Shown: one piece after another, positions 34,899 to 48,500 of the stretch | How the letters are laid out: every line of letters begins with the position of its first letter | Numbering within the stretch: position 1 is the stretch's first letter | Source: Bugula neritina | Lineage: Eukaryota; Animalia; Bryozoa | NCBI GenBank assembly: GCA_964035545.1 | Contig: OZ037765.1 | Location: 14,704,698 to 14,768,697, forward strand | Direction of reading: 5' to 3' | DNA: 64,000 nt | Program-made: the position numbers and the translations under genes | Notes under the pieces: model-generated | Told to the model about the DNA's origin: nothing | Seen by the model: the letters and a program-made list of their open reading frames with translations, nothing else | Database searches by the model: none

Positions 34899-35658
34899 TC
34901 ACTGCGTTTCCATGAAGGCGAATGAATGCGTACGGATGCCCGTACGGATTACATCGAAGGAAAAACCACACGTTCCTATGCAATCCGTACGAAGTTATCT
35001 TCTCTTTGCAACTGTGACGGCTGAATTAAAATGATAATTAATATGGCCAACTTTGAGTTTGAGTTCATTCACAACGACAATTTTTTAATTCTGTCCCCAT
35101 TTTTGATAGATTAAATCAACTAAATACACAAACTTTGAGTCAGTTTATTTAAAATAAAAAAACCATAAACCAATGAAAGCATAAAGTATTTCTTGATCGA
35201 TAAACTAAGTCTAAAGCTTAAAAGTAATTTAAATTTTCAAAATGAAGATAGCTGTCAACTTATTTTTAGCTTGAGAAAGCTTTGGCTGGCGGAATAGTTT
35301 TACAAATTTAAAATGATTAGTAATTATTCTAAATAATAGCAGCTAGGATAAATAAAATAATTTAAATTTTTAAAAGTCGAAGTACACTTTAGCGTAGGTT
35401 GTAACTTATAATATTATTGTTTACATCGCGTAACTATGTAACTAGCCGCCACAAATGCTGATCTCTGCCTCCGACACAAAAGGTTTCATTCGATTTAACC
35501 GAAGGAACCATTTCCATGATGCGCATAATGCGAAGGAAAATTTTCATCGAAGGAGCCGTTCGGTGTAATTTCCGGCTGCGGTTTTGCTTCGATGCAACTG
35601 TTTCCATAGGGCGAATGAGAAAATCCATTCGCATAATGCGATAATGGAAACGCAGTGA
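34899..35658. mobile_element. 760-bp nested MITE-like element (15-bp TIR TCACTGCGTTTCCAT; PIF/Harbinger-like or CACTG-type termini)
   Basis: Perfect inverted repeat 34899-34913 / 35644-35658. The ends are CpG-rich with repeated motifs (TTTCCAT, CGAAGGA, GGCGAATGA, CGCATAATGCG, CGTACGGAT) around an AT-rich core. No exact TSD found. Confidence 0.68.
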
Positions 35659-35694
35659 AAGCATCAGAGCTATTCATATAATATTATACTGATG

Positions 35695-35772
35695 CACTCG
35701 GTAGCAGAGTGGCTAATCTAATATAGTTCATAGTTCAACACCCTTTACTTTGGGAATACAGCCTCTTTTTTT
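35695..35772 (+). promoter_or_regulatory. Possible second, degenerate Pol III A/B-box module
   Basis: TAGCAGAGTGG (35702-35712) fits A box TRGCNNARYGG, GTTCAACAC (35733-35741) fits B box GTTCRANNC, and T7 lies at 35766-35772. Spacing is only 20 nt, shorter than in tRNAs. Confidence 0.3.
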
Positions 35773-35865
35773 AGGTTTACCTTACAAAGCATGAACATAT
35801 CTAAACTGATATTCTGATAATTTAGAGGTACATTTTGAAAACTAGGTTAATTGCACTTGTTTGCA

Positions 35866-35958
35866 CAACAACAATAATAAAATAGATATTATGCAGTATA
35901 ATAAAAACACACATAATACTATATAATATATTATAATGATAATAATATAATATTATAA
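35866..35958. repeat. AT-rich low-complexity / degenerate (AAT)n tract
   Basis: ACAACAATAATAAAATAG...ATAATGATAATAATATAATATTATAA. Confidence 0.5.
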
Positions 35959-36353
35959 GTACCATTACTGCATTTTATAAATCACATGGTTGCCAAAAAA
36001 ATGTATCATAAATTTTGTAATTATACATCAAAAATAGAACTATAGCTAGGCAGCAGGTTAGAATAGAGTAAATTTTTAAAACATGAAATCATGATTTGAC
36101 TATTGTTTTATTTAGGCCAACCAACCTAGGAATACAAGATTGGGTTTTAGCTGACAGTTTATAACATTTAGCTTTTGAGCCAGCAGCACTGGCACTTGTG
36201 AAGTATAGGCAAAGTTAGTGAAGCGAGACTAACTAGCACTCAAATACAAGGCATATTGAGACGCAACAACAAGTCAGGAGCGTATAAATTGAAAAGAATG
36301 TGGAAGGGGGACTATGTTTTTCAACAAGCTATAACTTAAACATGAATTGGTTT

Positions 36354-36527
36354 TTGAAAAAAATAAAAAAGTATATTGGAGAACATAAGTTTCTTTATCT
36401 TTTCATATCTTTTTTGTTCCTGTGACATTCAACCTATTCGAGCTATCAGTGGAACATTGTTCATATAGAACATAAAGCACCTGGCAAAGAGCCAGAAAAT
36501 GAAAAGTGTGACCTTAAACTAACTGTG
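36354..36527 (-). repeat. Right terminal/subterminal inverted arm of the transposon
   Basis: Reverse complements of the left boxes at 36354-36376, 36437-36446 and 36469-36479, with the TIR at 36509-36527. Confidence 0.88.
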
Positions 36528-39499
36528 AACACATTGAAATATACTGCAACATATTGAAATATGCTGTAGCACCCTGAAATTCACTGCAACCTACTGAAAT
36601 ATAGTGTAATATACGGAATTGTACTGTAACATACTGAAATATACTGTAACACACTGAAATATGCTGTCACATACTGAAATATACTGTAAATTACTAGAAT
36701 TATACTGCAACATACTGCAACATACTGAAATACACTGTAACCTACTGATATACACTGCAATATACTACAACATACTGAAATACACCTTAACATATTGAAA
36801 TACACTGCAACACATTGAAATATACTGCAACATACCGAAATATATGGTAAACTACTGAAATATACCGTAACACATCGAAAAATATTGCAACATACTGAAA
36901 TATACTGTAACACACTGAAATATACTGCAACTTACTGAAATACATTGTAACATACTGAAATATACTGCAACATACTGCAACATACTGAAATACACTGTAA
37001 CATACTGATATACACTGCTATATACTACAACATACTGAAATACACTGTAACATATTGAAATACGCTGCAACACATTGAAATATACTGCAACATACCGAAA
37101 TATATAGTAAACTACTGAAATATACTGTAACACATCGAAAAATACTGCAACATACTGAAATATACTGTAACACACTGAAATATACTGCAACATACTGAAA
37201 TACATTGTAACATACTGAAATATACTGCAACATACTGCAACATACTGAAATACACTGTAACATACTGAAATACACTGCGACATACTGAAATACATTGGAA
37301 CATATTGAAACACACTAGGACACATTGAAATATACTGCAACACACTGAATCATATAGCAACATTCTGAAATATACTGCGACACATTGAAATATACTGCAA
37401 CATAGTTAACTATAATGCAAGATACTGCAACATTCTGAAATACACTGTGACATATTGAAATACACTGCAACATACTGCAACATACTGCAACATACTGCAA
37501 CATACTGAAGTATACTGCAACACATTGAAAAATACTGCAACATACCGAAATATATGGTAAACTACTGAAATATACTGTAACACATTGAAAAAAACTGCAA
37601 CATACTGAAATATACTGTAACACACTGAAATATACTGCAAAATACTGAAATACACTGTAACATACTGAAATACACTGTAACACACTGAAATATACTGCAA
37701 CACACCGCAATATACTGAAACACGCTGTATCATACTGAAATACACTGCAACATACTACAACATATTGAAATACACTGCAACACATTGAAATATACTGCAA
37801 CACACTGAAACATACGGCAACACATTGAAATATACTGCAACATACCGAAAATAACTGCAACTGTGCAATATAATGAAATATACTGCAAAAATACTGAAAT
37901 ATACTGCAACAATTTGAAAGTTACTGTATGATACTGACGTATACTGAAACACACTGAAACATACTGCAAGATACTGCAACATACTGAAACACACTATAAC
38001 ATACTGAAATACACTGCAACATACTGCATACTGAATTACACTGTAACATATTGAAATACACTGCAATACATTGAAATTTACTGCAACACACTGAAACATA
38101 CTGCAACATACTGAAATATACTGCAACATATCGAAGTATATTGTAATATACGGACATGTACTGTAACATACTGAAACATACTGAAACATACTGAAACATA
38201 GTGAAATATACTTCAACATACTGAAATATACTGCAACATACTGCAACATACTGAAATACACTGTAACATACTGAAACACACTGCAACACATTGAAACAAA
38301 CTGCAACAAAACTAAATATACGGTAATATACTGAAATATACTGAAACACATTGAAAAACACTGCAAGATACTGAAATATGCTGTAGCACACTGAAATACA
38401 CTGCAACATACTGAAATACACTGTAAAATACTGAAATACACTGCAACATACTGCAACATACTGAAATACACTGTAACCTACTGAAATACACTGCAACATA
38501 CTACAACATACTGAAATACACTGTAACATTATGAATTACACTGCAACACATTGAAATATACTGCAACATACCGAAATATATGGTAAGCAACTGAAATATA
38601 CTGCAAAAATACTGAAATATACTGTAACATACTGAAAGATCCTGCAACATACTGAAATACACTGTAACATACTGAGATACGCGGCAACATACTGCAACAT
38701 ACTGTATTACACTGTAAGATCTTGAAATACACTGCAACACATTGAAAGTTACTGCAACATTCTAAAATATACTGCAACATACTGCAACATACTGAAATAC
38801 ACTGTAACATACTGAAATACACTGCAACACATTGCAACATACTGAAATACACTGCAACACATTGAAATAAACCGCAACATACTTAAATATACGGTAACAT
38901 ATCGAAGTATATCGTAATATACGGACATGCACTGTAACATACTGAAACATACTGAAACATACTGAAACATACTGAAACATACTGAAACATACTGAAATAT
39001 ACTGGAACCTACCGAAATATACTTCAACGTACTAAAATACACTGCAACATACTGCAACATACTGAAACACACTGCAACACATTGAAGTATACTGTAATAT
39101 ACAGAAATGTACTGTAACATACTGAAACATACGTCAACATACTGAAATGTACTGCAACATGCTGAACGATACTGCAAGATACTGAAACATACTGCAACAT
39201 ACTGAAATATACTGCAACATATCGAAGTATATCGTAATATACGGACATGCACTGTAACATACTAAAACATACCGAAACATACTGAAATATACTGGAACAT
39301 ACCAAAATATACTTCAACATATTAAAATATACTGCAACATACTGCAACATACTGAAATACACTGTAACATACTGAAATCCACTGCAACACATCGGAATAA
39401 ACTGCAACATACCTAAATATACGGTAATATACTGAAATATACTGTTCACATTGAAAAACACTGCAACATACTGAAATTTGCTGTAGCACAGTGAAATTC

Positions 39500-42400
39500 A
39501 CTGCAACATACTACAACATACTGAAATACACTGTAACATTATGAATTACACTGCAACACATTGAAATATACTGCAACACAATGAAACATACGGCAACATA
39601 CTGAAACATAGTGCGACAAATTGAAACATACTGCAATATACTGAAACATGCTGTAGCATACTGAAATACACTGCAACACATTGAAGTATACTGTAATATA
39701 CAGAAATGTACTGTAACATACTGAAACATACGTCAACATACTGAAATGTACTGCAACATGCTGAACTATACTGCAACATACTGAAATACACTGTAATATA
39801 CTGAATTAAACTGCAACATACTGCAAGATACTGAAATAAGCTGTAGCATACTGAAATACATTGCAGCACACTGAAGCATCCTGCAATATGTAGAAACGTA
39901 CTGCAACATACTGAAATATACCGCAACAAACCGAAATTTTAGTTATACTGAAATATGTTGCAAACCAGTAAAATATACTGCAACATACCGAAAATAACTG
40001 CAACTGTGCAATATAATGAAACATACTGCGAAAATACTGAAATATACTGCAACAATTTGAAAGTTACTGTATGATACTGAAATATACTGAAACACACTGA
40101 AACATACTGCAAGATACTGCAACATACTGAAAGACACTATAACATACTGAAATACACTGCAACATACTGCAACATACTGCAACATACTGAATTACACTGT
40201 AACATATTGAAATACACTGCAATACATTGAAATTTACTGCAACACGCTGAAACATACAGCAACATGCTGAAATATACTGCGACACATTGAAATATACTGC
40301 AACATAGTTAACTATAATGCAAGATACCGCAACATACTGAAATATGCTGTAGCACACTGAAATACACTGCAACTCACTGAAATATAGTGTAATATACAGA
40401 AATGTACTGTAACATACTGAAACATACTGTAACATACTGAAATATACTGCAAAATACTGAAGTACACTGCAACATACTTCAACATACTGAAATACACTGG
40501 AACATATTGAAATACACTACAACACATTGAAATATACTGCAACACACTGAAACATACAGCAACATACTGACATATACTGCGACACATTGAGATATACTGC
40601 AACATAGTTAAATATAATGCAAGATAATGCAACATACTGAAATACACTGTGACATACTGAAATACACTGCAACATGCTGCAACATGCTGCAACATACTGC
40701 AACATACTGAAATACACTGCAACACATTGAAATGAACCGCAACATACCTAAATATACGGAAATATACTGAAATATACTGTAACACATTGAAAAACATTGC
40801 AACATACTGAAACATGCTGTAGCACACTGAAATACACTGTGACATACTGAGATACACTGCAACATACTGCAACATACTGCAAGATACTGAAATACACTGT
40901 AACATTTCGAAATATACTGCAACACAATGAAACATACGGCAACATACTGAAACATAGTGCGACACATTGAAATATACTGCAATATACTGAAACATGCTGT
41001 AGCATACTGAAATACACGGCAACACATTGAAGTATACTGTAATATACAAAAATGTACTGTAACATACTGAAACATACGTCAACATACTGAAATGTACTGC
41101 AACATGCTGAACTATACTGCAACATACTGAAGTACACTGTAACATACTGAAACATACTGCAACATACTGCAACATACTAAAATACACTGTAACATACTGA
41201 AATACACAGCAACATACTGCAACATACTGCAACATACTGAAATACGCTGTAACATATTGAATTACACTGCAAGACATTGAAATATACTTCAACACACTGA
41301 AACAAACGGCAACATACTGAAATATACTGCAACACACTGAAACATACGGCAACATACTGAAATATACTGCAAAACATTGAAATATACTGCTACATACTGA
41401 AACATGCTGTAGCATACTGAAATACACTTCAACACACTGAAGTTTACTGTAATATACAGAAATGTACTGTAACATACTGAAACATACGTCAACATACTGA
41501 AATGTACTCCAACATGCTGAACTATACTGCAACATACTGAAATACACTGTAATATACTGAATTAAACTGCAACACATTGTAATATACTGCAACATACTGA
41601 ATCATACGGCAACATACTGAAATATACTGCAACACATTGAAATATACTGCAACATATTGAAATATGCTGTAGCGCACTGAAATTCACTGCAACTTACTGA
41701 AATATAGTGTAATATACGGAAATGTACTGTAACATACTGAAATATACTGCAACACACTGAAATATACTGTCACATACTGAAATATACTGTAAATTACTAG
41801 AATTATACTGCAACATACTGCAACATACTGAAATACACTGTAACCTACTGATATACACTGCAATATACTACAACATACTGAAATACACTGTAACATATTG
41901 AAATACGCTGCAATACATTGAAATATACTGCAACATAGGGAAATATATGGTAAACTACTGAAATATACTGTAACACATCGAAAAATACTGCAACATACTG
42001 AAATATACTGTAACACACTGAAATATACCGCAACTTACTGAAATACATTGTAACATTATGAATTACACTGCAACACATTGAAATATACTGCAACATACCG
42101 AAATATATGGTAAACAAGTGAAATATACTGCAAAAATACTGAAATATACTGTAACATACCGAAAGATACTGCAACATACTGAAATACACTGTAACATTAT
42201 GAATTACACTGCAACACATTGAAATATACTGCAACATACCGAAATATATGGTAAACAAGTGAAATATACTGCAAAAATACTGAAATATACTGTAACATAC
42301 TGAAAGATACTGCAACATACTGAAATACACTGTAACATACTGAAATACACAGCAACATACTGCAACATACTGTATTACACTGTAACATCTTGAAATACAC

Positions 42401-42500
42401 TGCAACACATTGAAAGTTACTGCAACATACTGAAACATACTGCAACATACTGAAAGATACTGAAATATACTGGAACATACCAAAATATACTTCAACATAT
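39500..42500 (+). repeat. Diverged re-occurrence of domain-1 HOR sequence (~10.3-12.8 kb) followed by a 20.05-20.45-kb-like block
   Basis: ORF offsets ~29270 (11049/40312, 11904/41177, 12412/41684). The domain-1 landmark cassette is at ~39890-40080 with private variants, and GGTAAACAAGTGAAAT is shared by ~20143, ~42109 and ~42250. Confidence 0.75.
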
Positions 42501-45500
42501 TAAAATATACTGCAACATACTGCAACATACCGAATTACACTGTAACAAACTGAAATACACTCCAACAAACTACAACATACTGAAATACACTGTAACATAT
42601 TGAAATACACCGCAACACATTGAAATATACTGCAACATAACGAAATACATAGTAAACTACTGAAATATACTGTAACACATTGAAACATACCGCAAAATAC
42701 TAAAATACACTGCAACACACTGAGGTATACTGTAACATATAGAAATGTACTGTAAAATACTTAAACATGTGACAACATACCAAAAAATATCCTGCAACAT
42801 ACTGAATTACACTGCAATATCCTGAAATATACTTCAACATACTGAAACATACCTAAAAACATTGAAATATACTGAAATACAGTGTAGGATATTGAAATAC
42901 ACTGCAACAATTTGGAATATACAGCAACATACCGAAGTATATGGTAACCTACTGAAATATGTTGCAAACTACTCAAATATACTGCAACATACTGCAACAT
43001 AATAAAATATACTATAACACACTGGAATAAACTGCAAAATACTGAAATATACTGTAACATACTGAAACATACTGCAACATACCGAAATATACTGTAACAT
43101 TCTGAAATATACTGCAAGATACTGCAATATACTGAAATACACTGTAACATACTGAAATACACTGCAACATACTGCAACATACTGACATACACTGGAACAT
43201 ACTGAAATACACTGCAACATACTACAACATACTGAAATACACTGTAACCTACTGAAATATGCTGTAGCACACTGAAATATACTGCAACATACTGAAATAT
43301 AATGCAAGTTACTACAACATTCTGAAAAACACTGTGACATACTGAAATACACTGCAAAATACTGCAACATACTGCAACATACTGAAATACACTGTAACAT
43401 ATTGAAATACACTGCAACATACTGCAACATACTTCAACACACTGAAACATACGGCAACACACTCACATGTACAGCGACACATTGAAATATACTGCAACAT
43501 ACTGAAATATGCTGTAGCATACTGAAATACACTGCAACACACTGAAATATACTGCAACATACTGCAACATACTGAAATACACTGTAACATACTGAAATAC
43601 ACTGCAACATACTGCAACATACTGAAATACACTGGAACATATTGAAACACACTACAACACATTGAAATATACTGCAACACACTGAAACATACAGCACCAT
43701 ACTGAAATATACTGCGACACATTGAAATATACTGCAACATACTGAAATATGCTGTAGCATGCTGTAATATACTGTAACACACTGTAATATACTGCAACAT
43801 ACTGCAACATACTGACATACACTGGAACATACTGAAATACACTCCAATATACTACAACATACTGAAATACACTGTAACCTACTGAAATATGCTGTAGCAC
43901 ACCGAAATATACTGCAACATACTAAAATATACTGCAACACATTGAAATATACTGCAACATAGTCAAATATAATGCAAGATACTGTAACATTCTGAAAAAC
44001 ACTGTAACATACTTAAATACACTGCAACATACTGCAACATACTGACATACACTGGAACATACTGAAATACACTCCAACATACTACAACATACTGAAATAC
44101 ACTGTAACCTACTGAAATATGCTGTAGCACACTGAAATATACTGCAACATACTGAAATATAATGAAAGTTACTACAACATACTGAAATACACTGTGACAT
44201 ACTGAGATACACTGCAACATACTGCAACATACTGCAACCTACTGCAACATACTGAAATACACTGTAACAGACTAAAATGTACTGTAACACACTGACATAT
44301 ACTGCAACACATTGAAATATACCGCAACATACTGAAATATGCTGTAGCACACTGAAATACACTGCAACTCACGATAATATAGTGTAATATACAGAAATGT
44401 ACTGCAACATACTGAAATATACTGTAACATACTGAAATTTGCTGCAACATACTGAAGTACACTGCAACATACTGCAACATACTGAAATACACTGTAACAT
44501 ATTGAAATACACGACAACACATTGAAATATACTGCAACACACTGAAGGATACGGCAACATACTGAAATATACTGCGACACATTGAAATATACTGCAACAT
44601 ACCGAAATATGCTGTAGCATACTGAAATATACTGTAACACACTGTAAAATACTGCAACATACTGCAACATACTGACATACACTGGAACATACTGAAATAC
44701 GCTGCAACATACTACAACATACTGAAATACACTGTACCCTACTGAAATATGCTGTAGCACACTGAAATATACTGCAACATACTGAAATATAATGCAAGTT
44801 ACTACAACGAACTGAAATACACTGTGACATACTGAGATACACTGCAACATACTGCAACATACTGCAACATACTGCAACATACTGATATACACTGTAACAG
44901 ACTGAAATGTACTGTAACACACTGGAATATACTGCAACATGCTGAAATACACTGTAACATACTGAAATATACTGCAACATACTCCAACATACCGAATTAC
45001 ACTGTAACAAACTGAAATACACTCCAACATACTACAACATACTGCAACATACTGCAACATACTACAACATACTGAAATAAACTGTGACATACTGAGATAC
45101 ACTGCAACATACTGCAAGATACTGCAACATACTGAAATACACTGTAACCTACTGAAATACACTGCAACATACTACAACATACTGAAATACACTGTAACAT
45201 TATGAATTACCCTGCAACACATTGAAAAATACTGCAACATATCGAAATATATGGTAAACAATTGAAATATACTGTAACACATCGAAAAATACTGCAACAT
45301 ACTGAAATATACTGTAACACACTGAAATATACTGCAACATACTGAAATACATTGTAACATACTGAAATATACTGCAACATACTGCAACATACTGAAATAC
45401 ACTGTAACATACTGAAATACACTGCAACATACTGCAACATACTGAAATACATTGGAACATATTGAAACACACTACAACACATTAAAATATACTGCAACAC

Positions 45501-48500
45501 ACTGAAACATACGGCAACATACTGAAATATACTGCAAAACATCTAAATATACTGCTACATACTGAAACATGCTGTAGCATACTGAAATACACTGCAACAC
45601 ACTGAAGTATACTGTAATATACAGAAATGTACTGTAACATACTGAAACGTACGTCAACATACTGAAATGTACTCCAACATGCTGAACTATACTGCAACAT
45701 ACTGAAATACACTGTAATATACTGAATTAAACTGCAACATACTGCAACATACTGAAATAAGCTGTACCATATTGAAATACACTACAACACATTGTAATAT
45801 ACTGCAACATACTGAACCATACGGCAACATACTGAAATATACTGCAAGACATTGAAATATACTGCAACATAGTCAAATATAACGCAAGATACTGTAACAT
45901 TCGGAAAAACACTGTGACATACTGAAATACACTGCAACATACTGCAACATACTGCAACATACTGATATACACTGCAACACATTGAAATAAACCGCAACAT
46001 ACCTAAATATACGGTAACATACTGAAATATACTGTAACTCATTGAAAAACATTGCAACATACTAAAACATACTGAAATATGCTGTAGCACACTGAAATAC
46101 ACCGCAGTTCACTGAAAAATAGTGTAATATACGGAAATATACCGTAACATACTGAAATATACTGTAACAGACTGAAATGTACTGTAACACACTGAAATAC
46201 ACTGCAACATGCTGAAATACACTGTAACATACTGAAATATACTGCAACATACTGCAACATACCGAATTACACTGTAACAAACTGAAATACACTCCAACAA
46301 ACTACAACATACTGAAATACACTGTAACATATTGAAATACACCGCAACACATTGAAATATACTGCAACATAACGAAATATATGGTAAACTACTGAAATAT
46401 ACTGTAACACATTGAAACATACGGCAAAATACTAAAATACACTGCAACACACTGAAGTATACTGTAACATATAGAAATGTACTGTAAAATACTTAAACAT
46501 GTGACAACATACCAAAAAATATCCTGCAACATACTGAATTACACTGCAATATCCTGAAATATACTTCAACATACTGAAACATACCTAAAAACATTGAAAT
46601 ATACTGAAATACAGTGTAGGATATTGAAATACACTGCAACAATTTGGAATATACAGCAACATACCGAAGTATATGGTAACCTACTGAAATATGTTGCAAA
46701 CTACTGAAATATACTGCAACATACTGCAACATAATAAAATATACTATAACACACTGGAATAAACTGCAAAATACTGAAATATACTGTAACATACTGAAAC
46801 ATACTGCAACATACCGAAATATACTGTAACATTCTGAAATATACTGCAAGATACTGCAATATACTGAAATACACTGTAACATACTGAAATACACTGCAAC
46901 ATACTGCAACATACTGACATACACTGGAACATACTGAAATACACTGCAACATACTACAACATACTGAAATACACTGTAACCTACTGAAATATGCTGTAGC
47001 ACACTGAAATATACTGCAACATACTGAAATATAATGCAAGTTACTACAACATACTGAAAAACACTGTGACATACTGAAATACACTGCAACATACTGCAAC
47101 ATACTGCAACATACTGCAACATACTGAAATACACTGTAACATATTGAAATACACTGCAACATACTGCAACATACTGCAACACACTGAAACATACGGCAAC
47201 ACACTCACATGTACAGCGACACATTGAAATATACTGCAACATACTGAAATATGCTGTAGCATACTGAAATACACTGCAACACACTGAAATATACTGCAAC
47301 ATACTGCAACATGCTGAAATACACTGTAACATACTGAAATACACTGCAACATACTGCAACATACTGAAATACACTGGAACATATTGAAACACACTACAAC
47401 ACATTGAAATATACTGCAACACACTGAAACATACAGCACCATACTGAAATATACTGCGACACATTGAAATATACTGCAACATACTGAAATATGCTGTAGC
47501 ATGCTGTAATATACTGTAACACACTGTAATATACTGCAACATACTGCAACATACTGACATACACTGGAACATACTGAAATACACTCCAATATACTACAAC
47601 ATACTGAAATACACTGTACCCTACTGAAATATGCTGTAGCACACTGAATAATACTGCAACATACTGAAATATAATGCAAGTTACTACAACGAACTGAAAT
47701 ACACTGTGACATACTGAGATACACTGCAACATACTGCAACATACTGCAACATACTGCAACATACTGCAACATATTGATATACACTGTAACAGACTGAAAT
47801 GTACTGTAACACACGGAAATATACTGCAACATGCTGAAATACAGTGTAACATACTGAAATATACTGCAACATACTCCAACATACCGAATTACACTGTAAC
47901 AAACTGAAATACACTCCAACATACTACAACATACTGAAATACACTGTAACATATTGAAATACATCGCAACACATTGAAATATACAGCAACACACTGAAAT
48001 ACACTGTAACACACTGTAATATACTGCAACATACTGCAACATACTGACATACACTGGAACATACTGAAATACACTCCAATATACTACAACATACTGAAAT
48101 ACACTGTAACCTACTGAAATATGCTGTAGCACACCGAAATATACTGCAACATACTGAAATATAATGCAAGTTACTACAACATACTGAAATACACTGTGAC
48201 ATACTGAGTTACACTGCAACATACTGAGACATACTGCAACATACTGCAACATACTGATATACACTGTAACAGACTGAAATGTACTGTAACACTCTGAAAT
48301 ATACTGCAACATGCTTAAATACACTGTAACATACTGAAATATACTGCAACATACTGCAACATACCGAATTACACTGTAACAAACTGAAATACACTCCAAC
48401 ATACTACAACATACTGAAATACACTGTAACGTATTGAAATACATCGCAACACATTGAAATATACTGCAACACACTGAAATATACAGTAACACACTGTAAT

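Larger units (their letters stand above)
33206..36527. mobile_element. 3322-bp non-autonomous TIR DNA transposon, probably CMC superfamily (EnSpm/CACTA-like; CACAG termini, 2-bp TSD)
   Basis: Perfect 19-bp TIR CACAGTTAGTTTAAGGTCA (33206-33224) / TGACCTTAAACTAACTGTG (36509-36527). It is flanked by AA (33204-33205, 36528-36529). Empty sites TGC-AA-CACATTGAAAT in sister HOR copies (AA at 21817-21818 and 25596-25597) show only AA is duplicated under the symmetric-TIR reading. No ORF >84 aa inside. Superfamily call is inferred from termini and TSD length only. Confidence 0.88.
20400..39500 (+). repeat. HOR domain 2: ~3.5-3.9-kb higher-order repeat family (about 4 copies), interrupted by the transposon
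   Basis: ORF offsets 3779 (20466/24245, 21870/25649, 23595/27374), 3748 (25649/29397), 3670 (28481/32151) and 7184 = 3860 + 3324 inserted bases (29397/36581, 30131/37315). Boundaries are approximate. Confidence 0.85.

Noticed and set aside
33991-35677. Short ORFs (60-84 aa) inside the insertion as transposase or cargo genes
   Set aside because: Short, several start at non-ATG codons, and no DDE, zinc-finger or other motif I can recognise. A spliced or decayed remnant cannot be excluded without TBLASTN/HMM searches.
33216-36517. Kolobok/piggyBac-type element bounded by TTAA (33216-33219, 36514-36517)
   Set aside because: The 10 bp outside each TTAA are non-satellite and inverted copies of each other, so TTAA lies inside the TIR. 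The satellite empty site has no TTAA.
33208-36525. hAT element (CAG...CTG termini)
   Set aside because: The 8-bp flanks CTGCAACA and TGAACACA do not match, and the inverted repeat extends 2 bp further out.
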